Source: Propionibacteriaceae bacterium UBA6238
Lineage (GTDB): Bacteria > Actinomycetota > Actinomycetes > Propionibacteriales > Propionibacteriaceae
Reading direction: 5' to 3'
NCBI GenBank assembly: GCA_002441465.1
Contig: DJWE01000011.1
Span: 3,211-67,210 of the forward strand
Length of the DNA: 64,000 bases
Made by a program: the position numbers and the translations under genes. Numbering within the stretch: the stretch's first letter is position 1; every line of letters begins with the position of its first letter. This document shows, piece after piece, positions 54,909 to 64,000 of this stretch. The notes under the pieces are model-generated. The model was given only the letters and a program-made list of their open reading frames with translations, did not search any database and had not been told where the DNA came from.

Positions 54909-57900
54909 GGTTCTTGGATCTGGTCGCCCAGAGCGAAGATTCGTCCGGGATCCTTGTCGAGTGTGATGTCGTCCGCGAAGAGCACAGCGCGGAAGTCAGG
55001 ACAGGCGTCCTCCGCCTCGGCTTGAATGTCAGCAAGCCGAACCGGCATCAGGTCACTCTCGCAGGCTTCCAGCGCGTGCCGAACGATCAGAATGTAGTCA
55101 CCGCTGAGATCCTCAAATCGAACTGCACCCGAAACGCCCTGAATTGGTTCGGCCTGGTACCCCGCGGCCCAATTAGCGAGAGCGGCGTTCAGTCTTGCCG
55201 TGTCCACATCAAGGTGTCCCGTACGCAATACCGAGAGCAGGTCGCCCGCGAGCCGCCAATCCAAGAGCGCATGGTGTGACATGTTTCCGTAGTCGCGAAG
55301 GCACCGGTAACACGACGAGTTGCATGTCGAGGCATGCTCGTCGTCCGAAAGATGGACTAGGTAAGACTCGATTTCGTCGAGAAGTTCGGGAAGCACATTC
55401 GGTGAGCCGAGATACGTCGAGAATCCGGCGCCGTTCTCAAGTGTGTCCGCGATGAACGCGTGCACTACTGGGTCGGTGACATCGTCATCGGCGGCACCTG
55501 AGAAGATCCCGGCGTTCAGCTCAAGTGGCTCGATGTCTAGCTTCGACGCGGCAACCTTGCGTAGCAGGAAGGCGAGCGAATACCACGCAGCCCGCCGACC
55601 GGCAACCACATCCACGGCGCCGCCCGATTGAGTCATCGCGGCAAGGTTCAGCCGGAGGCCTTGGTCGCTGATCGTCCCGCGCTTCGCTCCGAGGAACAGA
55701 AAGTCGGTTGGCTGGACCGAGCCGAGCGCGGTACGGAACTCGTTGCCATAGGGCTCGCCTTCCCTCAATCCCAGTCCCTGGCCGATGGCATCGACCGCGA
55801 GGTAGCCGCCCCAGCGGTCACTTGTAGTGGCAGATCTGAAGCCAAAGAGCTTGCTTCCATTGTCGTTGATGACGAATCGGCGAGCTGGGCCCGAGTGAGC
55901 AACCGCGGCCACGAGAGGCAACCGACTCAGCTGGGTCATGTCTGCCTGGGCGCGAGCGGCCATCGCCCGGGGCGCCCAAGAGAAGTTCCCGTCGAAGTCC
56001 CGCGGGAAGGATGCCCTGAAGCCAAGAGGCTCGCGGACAGGCGTCTTGGCGAACCCGTCGGGGCCGCTGCCGCATCGTGGGCAGATCTGGGCATCCCCGA
56101 GGTCATCCTCCGACAGGAAAGAGCAAGCTCGGCAGAGCCAGATCTGGGTTTCGGTGCCGAGGGGATCAGCTACCTTCTTCGGAGCTGGCCCGATCGGTTC
56201 GAAGGCGGCAACGCCGATGGAGGTGTACACACTGCCGTCCCGGACGAGCTCGCTCATTGGGGAGAAGGCGCTGACGGCCACGGCGAGATCTCGGTCGATG
56301 ACGTTCTTCGGTGGCCATGGGTAACTCTTTGCCGGTCGCGTGAGGTAGAGATACCGCACGCCGGTGGGGAAGCCGAACATCGGCAGGATCCCGCGTTCCG
56401 CCAGGCGCTGGCTGAGCTCGGCATGCCCGCCATTCGCCGAGCCGATCGCACGGTCGATGTCAGCGGGCAGATTTCGGATGCAGGTCTCGGCAAGCGCGTG
56501 CGCCTGACTAGCGAGCGGCGTGTTGGCGGTGAGCGCTGTAGCGGCCGCCTTCACAGCCCGCGGGTTGAGCCGGAGCCAGTGCTCCAGCCGTGGCTTGACA
56601 TTGGGCCATTCGGAGACTGGACCGAATGCTCCATGGACATTGGTGGTGAGGTCGAAATCATCATCGTCGCCAAGCGCCTGCGCGATCTCAGGCATTGCCA
56701 GCCGGAGTACCTCCGAGCGGAGCGTGCGCGCGAGGATCTCCTCCCTGCCCATCGCCAGGTAGGGCTTGGGCGTCGGATCGTTGGTAATCCGGGTTGGCTG
56801 GTCGAAGTAATACTCGTCGTGACTCCGGCCACGGCAGATCGTGAGAGCCACGGCAACAGGGGTGCCGCGTCGGCCTGCTCGACCGACACGCTGCTGGTAG
56901 TTGAACCTGGTCGGCGGCATGTTCCCCAGCACGACGGCAGAAAGGGAACCGATATCGACGCCAGCCTCCATCGTCGTCGTCACACTGAGGAGGTCGATGC
57001 CGTCGGCAGCGGGAATCTCCCTTTCGTCACCGGCGCTGAGAAAGACGCCTTGGAACCGTGCCTGTCGACGCTGGGCGTCAATGCGGTCAGTTTGGCCCGT
57101 GAGTTCTGCGCAGTTCAGGCGGAATCGGCCGTCCCCGGAGACTGCCTTCCAAGCGTAATAGTCGTCCTTTGCCTTGGCGACGGGCGTTGGTTCTTCGGGC
57201 AGCGGCCGGTAGCAGTATGTGCACAGGCCGCATCCGCGGGACAGATGGACACGGTGACAGTTGGCGCAGGTCCATCCCTGTCCGGAACCCGGTCGGATAA
57301 CGGCGCCGGCGGGGTCGATCAGAAAGTCGAGGACCGCATCGCCACATGCCCGTTTGAAGATGGACGCAAGCTCATCGAGCGACGGCCCGCCGTTCTTGTG
57401 GATGGCAATCCAGAAGTTCTTGAGCTTGGCCGGCGGCGAGGTGCTCGGGTTTCGCATGCCCTTGAACCTGCGCTTGTCGGCCAAGATCCGCAGGCTCGAC
57501 CGTGCGTATGCAAGGTCCGCCGTAGTGGCGATATCGCTGGGCTCAGTGTCAGTCGACAGTGCGATCCACCCCAGGCCGAGTGACTCGAAGTCACGGCCTG
57601 CGCCGGAGAACAGTCCATCGAGGACCTCCTCGCGCAGCGACTCGATGATCTCGCTGCGAAGAGCAACCTGTTCCGGTGAGAGATGCGGCTCCGGCGTGGG
57701 AGGGCTCTCCTTCCAGTCGTAGAGCGTTGTCCAGCCCCGAGGAGCAGTGCCCGCGGTGCTTTGCAGGCTCGCCTTGGGCCCGCCGGGATTGATACCGAGC
57801 GCGAGCAGGGCGTCGGAGATGGCGGTGAGCGTTGCGTCAATTGAACGGCCCTGCTCGAGCTTCCGGATGAGGGCGGATTCGGCGGCGGGATCAGGGCTGA

Positions 57901-60397
57901 GGTCGTCGTCCCATATGTCCCGGAGCTGGTCGTGGACTGCAGGATTCGCGGCCTTCAGCCGCTTGATCGCATCCCGGGACTCGTCGGACCTGATCCGATC
58001 TCTGTAGTGAGCACGAGCGAGTTCGACGTCGCCCGCTGCGATCCCCGCGCCACTGAACTCCTGGTGAAGTAGGAGGCGCAGAAGATCTTGGTAATGACGG
58101 AGCCCAAGACCGGAAGATAGCTTTGCGGCGTCCTGGCGACTGTCGGTGAAGAGAACGATTTTCCTGTCGCGGTCGCCAAGGTCCGATGCGAGTTCTGTGG
58201 TGAGAACCTGGTTGATCTTCTCGAAGCCCGTGCGCATCGCACGGATAGGGCTGCGCTGGCGGCCGGGATCCGTCGGTGGGAGCGGCCTCCCGTCCCGGCC
58301 GTGGGTGAGTTCCCAGTCGTCGCCACAGGCAGGGCAAGTCGTCGGGAACGGTTCCAGCGAGGTCAGCGGCCGCTGCGTTTGGTGCTTCACGGGGACTGTC
58401 GCGTGGAAGGACCATCCCGTGTGCGGCTCGTGGTTGCCGACGTTTCGGATCTCACCCCTGATCGGGTCGAGAATGCTTCGCCGGAATACATACGTGATCT
58501 TGTCGCTGTCGCGCTTCCATTCGGTCTTGTCCACCGCGTCCAGGGCCTGCGCGGGGTTTGGCCAGTACACGAGGTAATTGGCGGCGGTGCGCCTGAGGCT
58601 GACCTGATCCGGGAGCTTCGCGAGTTCTGGGACGTCGGCCAGAAGGAGCGTCTCGACAAGCGGCTTGGCTGTTGCCCCCTCTGGCGTGAATCCACCAAGC
58701 AGGACATCGCCGCAGTTCTGGCAGTACAGCAGCTCCAGAACGCGAGCGCCGCAGCCAGGTTCGGCGCACCTGGACGTCGGCTCGCTGTAGAGCTTCCCGA
58801 TGCGGCGAGGGGAATCTCCGTCGGGATCCGCGGCGGGGCAGTCCGGGTTAGTGCAGGCCCAGACCCCGGGAATGTTCCTGAAGAAATAGTGGACGCGCAG
58901 CTTCGGGTCGCTGGGGTCCGGCGCGGCTGACAGGGCCGAGACGAGTCGCGTGAGCGTGTCGTCTCGGCCCTGTGGTGAGGCAGTCGGGAACACGTGCTCC
59001 GCAAGCTCGTCGAGTCGCCTTGCCTTGAGTTCCTGTCTGCCCGAGGGCCTCTCGACGAAGGCATCGCGCAGGGTGTCCAGCAACCCGAGATCGCGAGCGG
59101 TTCTGGCGACATCGGCCAATTCGGTTGCGTCGCGAAGCGCGTCGACGTCGGCGGAGGTACCCAGACGAACAGCCTTCGGCAGGGCGAGTTCGCCGGGCAC
59201 GAACGTGAAGCTAGACGCATCGACGCCGAAAAATTGCCCGAGGTACTCCTGATCTCGTTCGTGGTCGATCGACGCCGACGCGGCGAGCACTCGAAGCTGA
59301 TTCGGGTGCTCATCTAGCCCGAGTCTGCGTTTCAGATTGCGAAGCAGGTAGGCGACCTCGCTGCCAGCAGTGCCGCGATACATGTGGAGCTCGTCAACGA
59401 CGAGCGTGAACCGGTGAGTGGGGTCGCTTCCCAGCCAGGCACGTGTGGAGTCGAAGAAGTGCGAATCCCGGTCACGGAGCAGCATCACATTCAGCATGGA
59501 GTAGTTCGTAACCAGGATGTCTGGCGGCGCATCGATCATGTCCCACCGGGACCTCATCTCGCCCCCGTCGAGGCGTGGTACGAAGAACTGGGCGCTCGGG
59601 TCGCCAGATTCCAGCGCAACTTCAGCGGCCCTTCGCCCGCGGGCCTCGGTAGCCTGAAGCTCCTGCTGCAGCCGCTCCCTCGCTTGCTTGGTATCCCGGT
59701 TTCCCGTGACGGGGGTCGCGCCGGTGTACCGACCGAAGTAGAAGCGGTGTCCCATTCGGTTCTGTCTGAGCCAGTTCCTGGCGTCATCGCTGTCCAGCGC
59801 CCGGCGCATGCGCATCAGCTGGTCATCTACGAGCGCGTTCATCGGGTAGAGCACGAGTGCGCGCACTGCCGTTTGGTGGCCGGTCTCGCCGTCCCGCTGT
59901 GACCTGAAGTCGGACCCATGCCTCCACCATGCGTGGACCGGTGCCGGGTTGCCTCCCCAGGCCCTCGATTCTTCGAGGAGCAAGCCGAGAATGGGGAGCA
60001 GGAAGGACTCAGTCTTGCCCGAGCCTGTGCCTGCGGTCACGACCATGTTCCGGTCTGGAGTCATGCCGGCCTGGAGGGCCTGCTCCTGGTGCAAGTACAG
60101 GTTGAACTCGGGTGACAGCAGGCCGCAGGCGGCGAACTCGGCGAGTTCGGAAGGCGCACGGGCGAACTCGACTGACTCGGCCAAGCTCCGCGGCGTAGCC
60201 ACATACTCTGGGCGCAGCTCAAGCAGGGGTTCGCGGTAGGCGCCGTTGTCGCGATCGAACAGCTCTCGGCGTTCCCGCGCGAGGCGCTCGTCGGCGAGTC
60301 CGAACGGTGTGTCGTAGTACTTGAAGTAGGCCTCGCGGAGGCGCCCGAACGTGCCCATCACGTCGAGGCGGCGGTCCTGTGTTGGCTGGATAGGCAT
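54905..60397 (-). CDS. Large SF2 helicase with DUF1998 domain, DruE-like
   Basis: TAGTGSGKTESF, YPMNALVDDQ, VDELH, TTTMEAGVDIG, QRVGRAGRR, C-terminal D...GAGF and C..SCYRCL; 1830 aa. Confidence 0.88.
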   Translation of the reverse strand: MPIQPTQDRRLDVMGTFGRLREAYFKYYDTPFGLADERLARERRELFDRDNGAYREPLLELRPEYVATPRSLAESVEFARAPSELAEFAACGLLSPEFNLYLHQEQALQAGMTPDRNMVVTAGTGSGKTESFLLPILGLLLEESRAWGGNPAPVHAWWRHGSDFRSQRDGETGHQTAVRALVLYPMNALVDDQLMRMRRALDSDDARNWLRQNRMGHRFYFGRYTGATPVTGNRDTKQARERLQQELQATEARGRRAAEVALESGDPSAQFFVPRLDGGEMRSRWDMIDAPPDILVTNYSMLNVMLLRDRDSHFFDSTRAWLGSDPTHRFTLVVDELHMYRGTAGSEVAYLLRNLKRRLGLDEHPNQLRVLAASASIDHERDQEYLGQFFGVDASSFTFVPGELALPKAVRLGTSADVDALRDATELADVARTARDLGLLDTLRDAFVERPSGRQELKARRLDELAEHVFPTASPQGRDDTLTRLVSALSAAPDPSDPKLRVHYFFRNIPGVWACTNPDCPAADPDGDSPRRIGKLYSEPTSRCAEPGCGARVLELLYCQNCGDVLLGGFTPEGATAKPLVETLLLADVPELAKLPDQVSLRRTAANYLVYWPNPAQALDAVDKTEWKRDSDKITYVFRRSILDPIRGEIRNVGNHEPHTGWSFHATVPVKHQTQRPLTSLEPFPTTCPACGDDWELTHGRDGRPLPPTDPGRQRSPIRAMRTGFEKINQVLTTELASDLGDRDRKIVLFTDSRQDAAKLSSGLGLRHYQDLLRLLLHQEFSGAGIAAGDVELARAHYRDRIRSDESRDAIKRLKAANPAVHDQLRDIWDDDLSPDPAAESALIRKLEQGRSIDATLTAISDALLALGINPGGPKASLQSTAGTAPRGWTTLYDWKESPPTPEPHLSPEQVALRSEIIESLREEVLDGLFSGAGRDFESLGLGWIALSTDTEPSDIATTADLAYARSSLRILADKRRFKGMRNPSTSPPAKLKNFWIAIHKNGGPSLDELASIFKRACGDAVLDFLIDPAGAVIRPGSGQGWTCANCHRVHLSRGCGLCTYCYRPLPEEPTPVAKAKDDYYAWKAVSGDGRFRLNCAELTGQTDRIDAQRRQARFQGVFLSAGDEREIPAADGIDLLSVTTTMEAGVDIGSLSAVVLGNMPPTRFNYQQRVGRAGRRGTPVAVALTICRGRSHDEYYFDQPTRITNDPTPKPYLAMGREEILARTLRSEVLRLAMPEIAQALGDDDDFDLTTNVHGAFGPVSEWPNVKPRLEHWLRLNPRAVKAAATALTANTPLASQAHALAETCIRNLPADIDRAIGSANGGHAELSQRLAERGILPMFGFPTGVRYLYLTRPAKSYPWPPKNVIDRDLAVAVSAFSPMSELVRDGSVYTSIGVAAFEPIGPAPKKVADPLGTETQIWLCRACSFLSEDDLGDAQICPRCGSGPDGFAKTPVREPLGFRASFPRDFDGNFSWAPRAMAARAQADMTQLSRLPLVAAVAHSGPARRFVINDNGSKLFGFRSATTSDRWGGYLAVDAIGQGLGLREGEPYGNEFRTALGSVQPTDFLFLGAKRGTISDQGLRLNLAAMTQSGGAVDVVAGRRAAWYSLAFLLRKVAASKLDIEPLELNAGIFSGAADDDVTDPVVHAFIADTLENGAGFSTYLGSPNVLPELLDEIESYLVHLSDDEHASTCNSSCYRCLRDYGNMSHHALLDWRLAGDLLSVLRTGHLDVDTARLNAALANWAAGYQAEPIQGVSGAVRFEDLSGDYILIVRHALEACESDLMPVRLADIQAEAEDACPDFRAVLFADDITLDKDPGRIFALGDQIQEP

Positions 60398-60414
60398 GGT
60401 GGCTTCCGGTTCGT

Positions 60415-61335
60415 TCAGTCGGCGGGAATTACGGTCTGGCGGACGGATTTCGCCACACGGTCCGCGAGGGCGCTCGGGACATTCTGGTACTTCACGGTCT
60501 TCGCGGTCGAGAAGAATGTGGGAGGTTCTCCGCTGCAGAGGACAAGCGCGCGGGTCTGGAGGGGGGGAAGAGGCGCACCCTGGTCGACAAACAGTGTGCC
60601 GAGCGCGCTGCCATTGCTGACTCGTTCTTCGCGCCAGCGCATCACGCTGGTACCACGCTCGGCCATCTCGAGCAGGATGCCTGTCGAATGATCAGTGTGG
60701 TACCAGTCGCCATCCTGTTGGTAGAAGTAGTCCGGTCGGCCGTTGATCGTGAACCTGCACAAGCCGTTGCCGTCGGGGCGCCCCTCGACGAACGTCCCGT
60801 ACTCGGTGCCGTCAGCAAGCCGTTCTGCGGGATTGTCCCTGGTCGGAGCAAAGGTCTTGTTGCCGAGCCTGATCTGTGGGAGCCGGGCAGCGATGTGATA
60901 GGCGGCTTGGCCAACGTAGCACACGCCTTGGCGTGCGAGCCCTGCCGAGAGACTCTGGATCGACTCAGTCCGGATGAACACCGATGGTGGCGGAGGAATT
61001 GAGTCGTCTGAGCTGAACGGTCGGTCGATAGAAAAGGCGTCGAACGACTCGCCTAGCTCGCGCAACAGTCCTGAGCGCCTGCTACCCGCCAAGACGACCG
61101 TGCCCCCACACTCTGGGAGAAGAACGGCAGTTGCGGGCGCGATCGCCCATCGCCCGCTCGCCCAGTCGATCTCGGCATGGCCGAGCGCCGAGATGTCACG
61201 GAGCCAGCGTCCGGCGAGATGCCGGAAGCCGGTGTAGTTGTGGCTGCGAGCCAGCCAAGAGACCCTATCGCGCAGCGATGCGATGTCACCGCTGCCCGTC
61301 TCGCTCATCCAGGTCAGGAGTACTTCAGTGTCCAC
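60415..61335 (-). CDS. Druantia-associated protein (resembles a DruH C-terminal part)
   Basis: LRDISALGHAEID...WAIAP...LAGSR, LPPLQTRALVLCSG; immediately upstream of the DruE-like gene. Confidence 0.55.
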   Translation of the reverse strand: MDTEVLLTWMSETGSGDIASLRDRVSWLARSHNYTGFRHLAGRWLRDISALGHAEIDWASGRWAIAPATAVLLPECGGTVVLAGSRRSGLLRELGESFDAFSIDRPFSSDDSIPPPPSVFIRTESIQSLSAGLARQGVCYVGQAAYHIAARLPQIRLGNKTFAPTRDNPAERLADGTEYGTFVEGRPDGNGLCRFTINGRPDYFYQQDGDWYHTDHSTGILLEMAERGTSVMRWREERVSNGSALGTLFVDQGAPLPPLQTRALVLCSGEPPTFFSTAKTVKYQNVPSALADRVAKSVRQTVIPAD

Positions 61336-63409
61336 GCGCCCGCTCCCACGCGTCTACGTAACGTTGCCAAAGCTCCGGCTGATCCTGCACGCTCCGCGGG
61401 GCCGCCCGCCAGAAGGCGAGATCATCTGGTGTGAGCTGACCAAACTCAGGCTCGCTCGCCTTCAGCGGTACTACGTCCCACCGAGTCTGAAACTTCTGCA
61501 CAAGCCATGCTCCGGCCCCCCTGTGGACTTCGAAGCATGTGGATGCGTTGTCGCCGAGAAATGCCGGCGCTTTCGGCGGAGTAATCGCCTGAGCACGGCC
61601 CGCGTGGGAGATCAACCATGTCATCTTCGCGGTTCGCCAAGCCAGGATCACATCTGGGGTCGGGGCCGAACCCGTGGCGGCGCCGCAGATTGAGCCTGAA
61701 GAAGTCGGCCCGAGTTCGCCGTCGGCCCAGCCTAAGCTCCCGACACCGGTGGGCGTGGCGTCGGCGCCGACGCCCTCAACGACATGAAACTCAAGTGAGT
61801 CTCCTTCGTCGGTCTCTACCTTGTGGGCTCCGATGTCGTGTGACACGACATTCAGCGGGATCGAGAACATAGACACCTGGAACGGCTGGTATTGCCCGTC
61901 GACTGCGACCAGAACCGGGCGCGCCGTTTCGCTGGACGGGAGCTCCAGGTCCGGTTCGCCACCGGCGAGGTAGGTGTTCTTGCTCACCTCGCCGAGCAGC
62001 GGAAGGCCGCCCACGAGACGAGCCTGCAGAGCGTCTCCGAACTGGAGAGTCCCTGCTGACTTCAACTGCAGGAGACTAAGCGCATCGTTATGCCTCGTCC
62101 GGTCGGAGAACGAAACCCTGTCGAACAAGACGTAGCCTCGGAGGAATTGGTGAGAGGCAGATTCGTTGATCTTCCGGAAATCGCGATCCGCCGCGAGATC
62201 AAGAGCCGCCTTGACGTCATCCTCGAGCCCCTTCCGTGCTGCGAAGATGTACTCCTCGTATGGGCGGAGTACGTCCACGGAGATCCAGCCGCCGGCGTTG
62301 GGATCGGCGATGAACACCAGAAGGTCGGAGGGGCGGAACTCAGCGAGGCTCGTGGCGCCCTTCGCAGAGAAGCCGGTCGTGAGCAACCCGGGGGTTATCG
62401 CTGGCAGGCCGGTCAGTTTGTAGTACTTGTCGCCGACGGTATGGGTGATGGCGGCTGTGAACTCGTGGCCGTCAGCAGCTCCTTTGAGGACGTCGTTCGG
62501 CGCATCAGCCACAGCAGGGATGGACCACCATGACAATCGGCGGGTGGGCTGAACCGTCAATCTGATGTCTAGCCGTCGGAGGCCCTCGGGTGTGACGACC
62601 TTGCCGTCCCAAGAGGTTGCCAGATCATGCACCAGCGGTTTGATCAGGTCTCGCAAGTCCGGATCGGCCACTGCGCGCAGGAACGTCTGGCTAAAGCCTT
62701 GAGATCGGCCCGTGACCCACAGTTGCAGTCGAGTCAACAGCGACTCAGGGCCGGGAACACCCGCCTGCTTCAGGTTCAGCCGACCGAACAACCGCGAGAG
62801 TGCGGCGCGGTCGCTCCTGCGTAGGAGTGTCTGGGATAGCGGATATCCGATCCGGGTCCAGTGCCCTGGGTTGTCGGGAATGGTCGAGATGCCCAGCTCC
62901 CCGTTCCGCTCGGCGAGCCACGCACTAATACGTTTCCACATGTCGACAACAGGAGCGAAGGCAAGTCCGCTGAGGCTGGTGTGAACCGATTCCCGGACGG
63001 AGGCGGGTTCCTCCGGCGTCAGTGCTTCCGCGAGGGGGAGATAGTAGTTGGTCTTGGCAATGTTGGTGCGAGCGCGCATCTCCGAGGCAGCAAGCACCGT
63101 GATGGCCAACACGGGCAGGGTTGGCGGAGGAGCTAGATGGTCGCCGCGCTCCCATCGGCGTTGTGCTGCCGCAACGCTCATGAACATCTCGTTGCCAGCA
63201 GCGATATCTACTAGCTCGCGAACAGCTGATGCGAGCGAACGCGGCCCGTCCTCTCCTTGATCGGCCAGTTCGTTGAGTTGATCACGATCGACAAACATCA
63301 CAACGGGTTGCTGCCGTCGATCGGTGAAGAACTCCCGCGCGAGACGCTCCTGCCACACCGCGTACTCACGCGGCAGCGCCAAGTCGGACAGTATCGTCAC
63401 ACGCGTCAA
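61325..63409 (-). CDS. Druantia-associated protein (resembles a DruH N-terminal part)
   Basis: YAVWQERLAREFF...PVVMFV, LAITVLAASEM...NYY, IGYPLSQTLL...DR; overlaps the next gene by 11 bp. Confidence 0.55.
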   Translation of the reverse strand: MTRVTILSDLALPREYAVWQERLAREFFTDRRQQPVVMFVDRDQLNELADQGEDGPRSLASAVRELVDIAAGNEMFMSVAAAQRRWERGDHLAPPPTLPVLAITVLAASEMRARTNIAKTNYYLPLAEALTPEEPASVRESVHTSLSGLAFAPVVDMWKRISAWLAERNGELGISTIPDNPGHWTRIGYPLSQTLLRRSDRAALSRLFGRLNLKQAGVPGPESLLTRLQLWVTGRSQGFSQTFLRAVADPDLRDLIKPLVHDLATSWDGKVVTPEGLRRLDIRLTVQPTRRLSWWSIPAVADAPNDVLKGAADGHEFTAAITHTVGDKYYKLTGLPAITPGLLTTGFSAKGATSLAEFRPSDLLVFIADPNAGGWISVDVLRPYEEYIFAARKGLEDDVKAALDLAADRDFRKINESASHQFLRGYVLFDRVSFSDRTRHNDALSLLQLKSAGTLQFGDALQARLVGGLPLLGEVSKNTYLAGGEPDLELPSSETARPVLVAVDGQYQPFQVSMFSIPLNVVSHDIGAHKVETDEGDSLEFHVVEGVGADATPTGVGSLGWADGELGPTSSGSICGAATGSAPTPDVILAWRTAKMTWLISHAGRAQAITPPKAPAFLGDNASTCFEVHRGAGAWLVQKFQTRWDVVPLKASEPEFGQLTPDDLAFWRAAPRSVQDQPELWQRYVDAWERARGH

Positions 63410-63464
63410 GATAGAGCATGTGCCCCGGGCCGCACCTCTAGCGGCATCGGGTTGTTTCGGACTC

Positions 63465-63998
63465 CTAGCGCGCGGGGCCGGACGGCACTCGTGGGCTGAC
63501 GGATCGGTTCCGTTCTTCGGTGCGCTGACTCACCCTGCTGAGGGTCCGAACCTGCTCGACCTCCTCGGGGGGTGCTTTGCGCTCGATCTGGGTCGCAAGC
63601 TGCTGCGCCGCGTGCCGTGGATCCCGATTCCATTGCCGGACGAGAGAGACGAGGGCGGATTGAAGGAGCGAGGCTGGCACTGCTGAGTGCTCAGCGAGCT
63701 GGAGGATTCCGGCAGACCACTTCGAGGCGGATTGAGCCGCGACGATCCGCAACGCATCCAAAGAGTCCAGGGGATCCGCACCATGATCAAGGATCCCGTC
63801 GATGAGGGTGTCAGCTAGTGGCTGTGCGGCTGTGATCAACGACGCGAGTTCACCAGGCGCTCCAGTCGCGATCATGTCAGCGGGGTCAGCTCCGTCTGGC
63901 AGACGAGCGTGGAGCGGATCGACCCCGTACGGAGTGAGGATCCAGAAGTCACGCTCAGCGGCGGCTCGTCCAGCGGCGTCGGCGTCGGTGGCGATGAC
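63465..63998 (-). CDS. C-terminus of a DnaG-type TOPRIM protein, probably a relaxase-primase (5'-truncated by the window edge)
   Basis: The frame is open to the window end: VIATDADAAGRAAAERDF...LPDGADPADM (TOPRIM DxD and DPAD). Confidence 0.65.
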   Translation of the reverse strand, partial: VIATDADAAGRAAAERDFWILTPYGVDPLHARLPDGADPADMIATGAPGELASLITAAQPLADTLIDGILDHGADPLDSLDALRIVAAQSASKWSAGILQLAEHSAVPASLLQSALVSLVRQWNRDPRHAAQQLATQIERKAPPEEVEQVRTLSRVSQRTEERNRSVSPRVPSGPAR

Positions 63999-64000
63999 CG

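Noticed and set aside
55628..57583. Long antisense ORFs (also 25628..27589, 33438..34862, 45466..47562, 38787..40154)
   Set aside because: They lie opposite well-supported genes and are explained by GC-rich codon bias.

Overview
High-GC actinobacterial DNA that is almost entirely accessory: an integrative conjugative element (ICE) backbone with dense anti-phage or DNA-modification cargo on both sides. All protein calls come from motifs read by eye; no database searches were run. Left cargo (1-16.7 kb): (i) a translationally coupled four-gene operon of a 5'-truncated probable STAND/NACHT protein, a MoaA/viperin-like radical SAM enzyme, a CMPK2-like nucleotide kinase and a NUDIX-WGR fusion. This is the best candidate for an undescribed nucleotide-chemistry defence system. 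(ii) A restriction-like SNF2/DUF1156/DUF499 system. (iii) A TcmP-DUF5131-TcmP module. Middle (17-48 kb): a complete IS21 with a 5-bp target duplication, an L5-like tyrosine integrase with an N-terminal C3H motif, an attP-like site built on a tRNA 3' fragment with arm-type repeats on both sides, an OLD-like ATPase/nuclease, an excisionase, a Tad/Flp pilus cluster, a LysM-BTAD protein, a solitary TIR gene and a Gram-positive T4SS cluster with a split coupling protein. Right cargo (49-64 kb): Vsr and a C5-methyltransferase with a perfect LexA box between them, HNH and NaeI-like nucleases, a frameshifted AspBHI/MspJI-like 5mC-dependent nuclease, a Druantia-like operon ending in a Cas4-like nuclease, and the C-terminus of a TOPRIM primase or relaxase-primase cut by the window edge.
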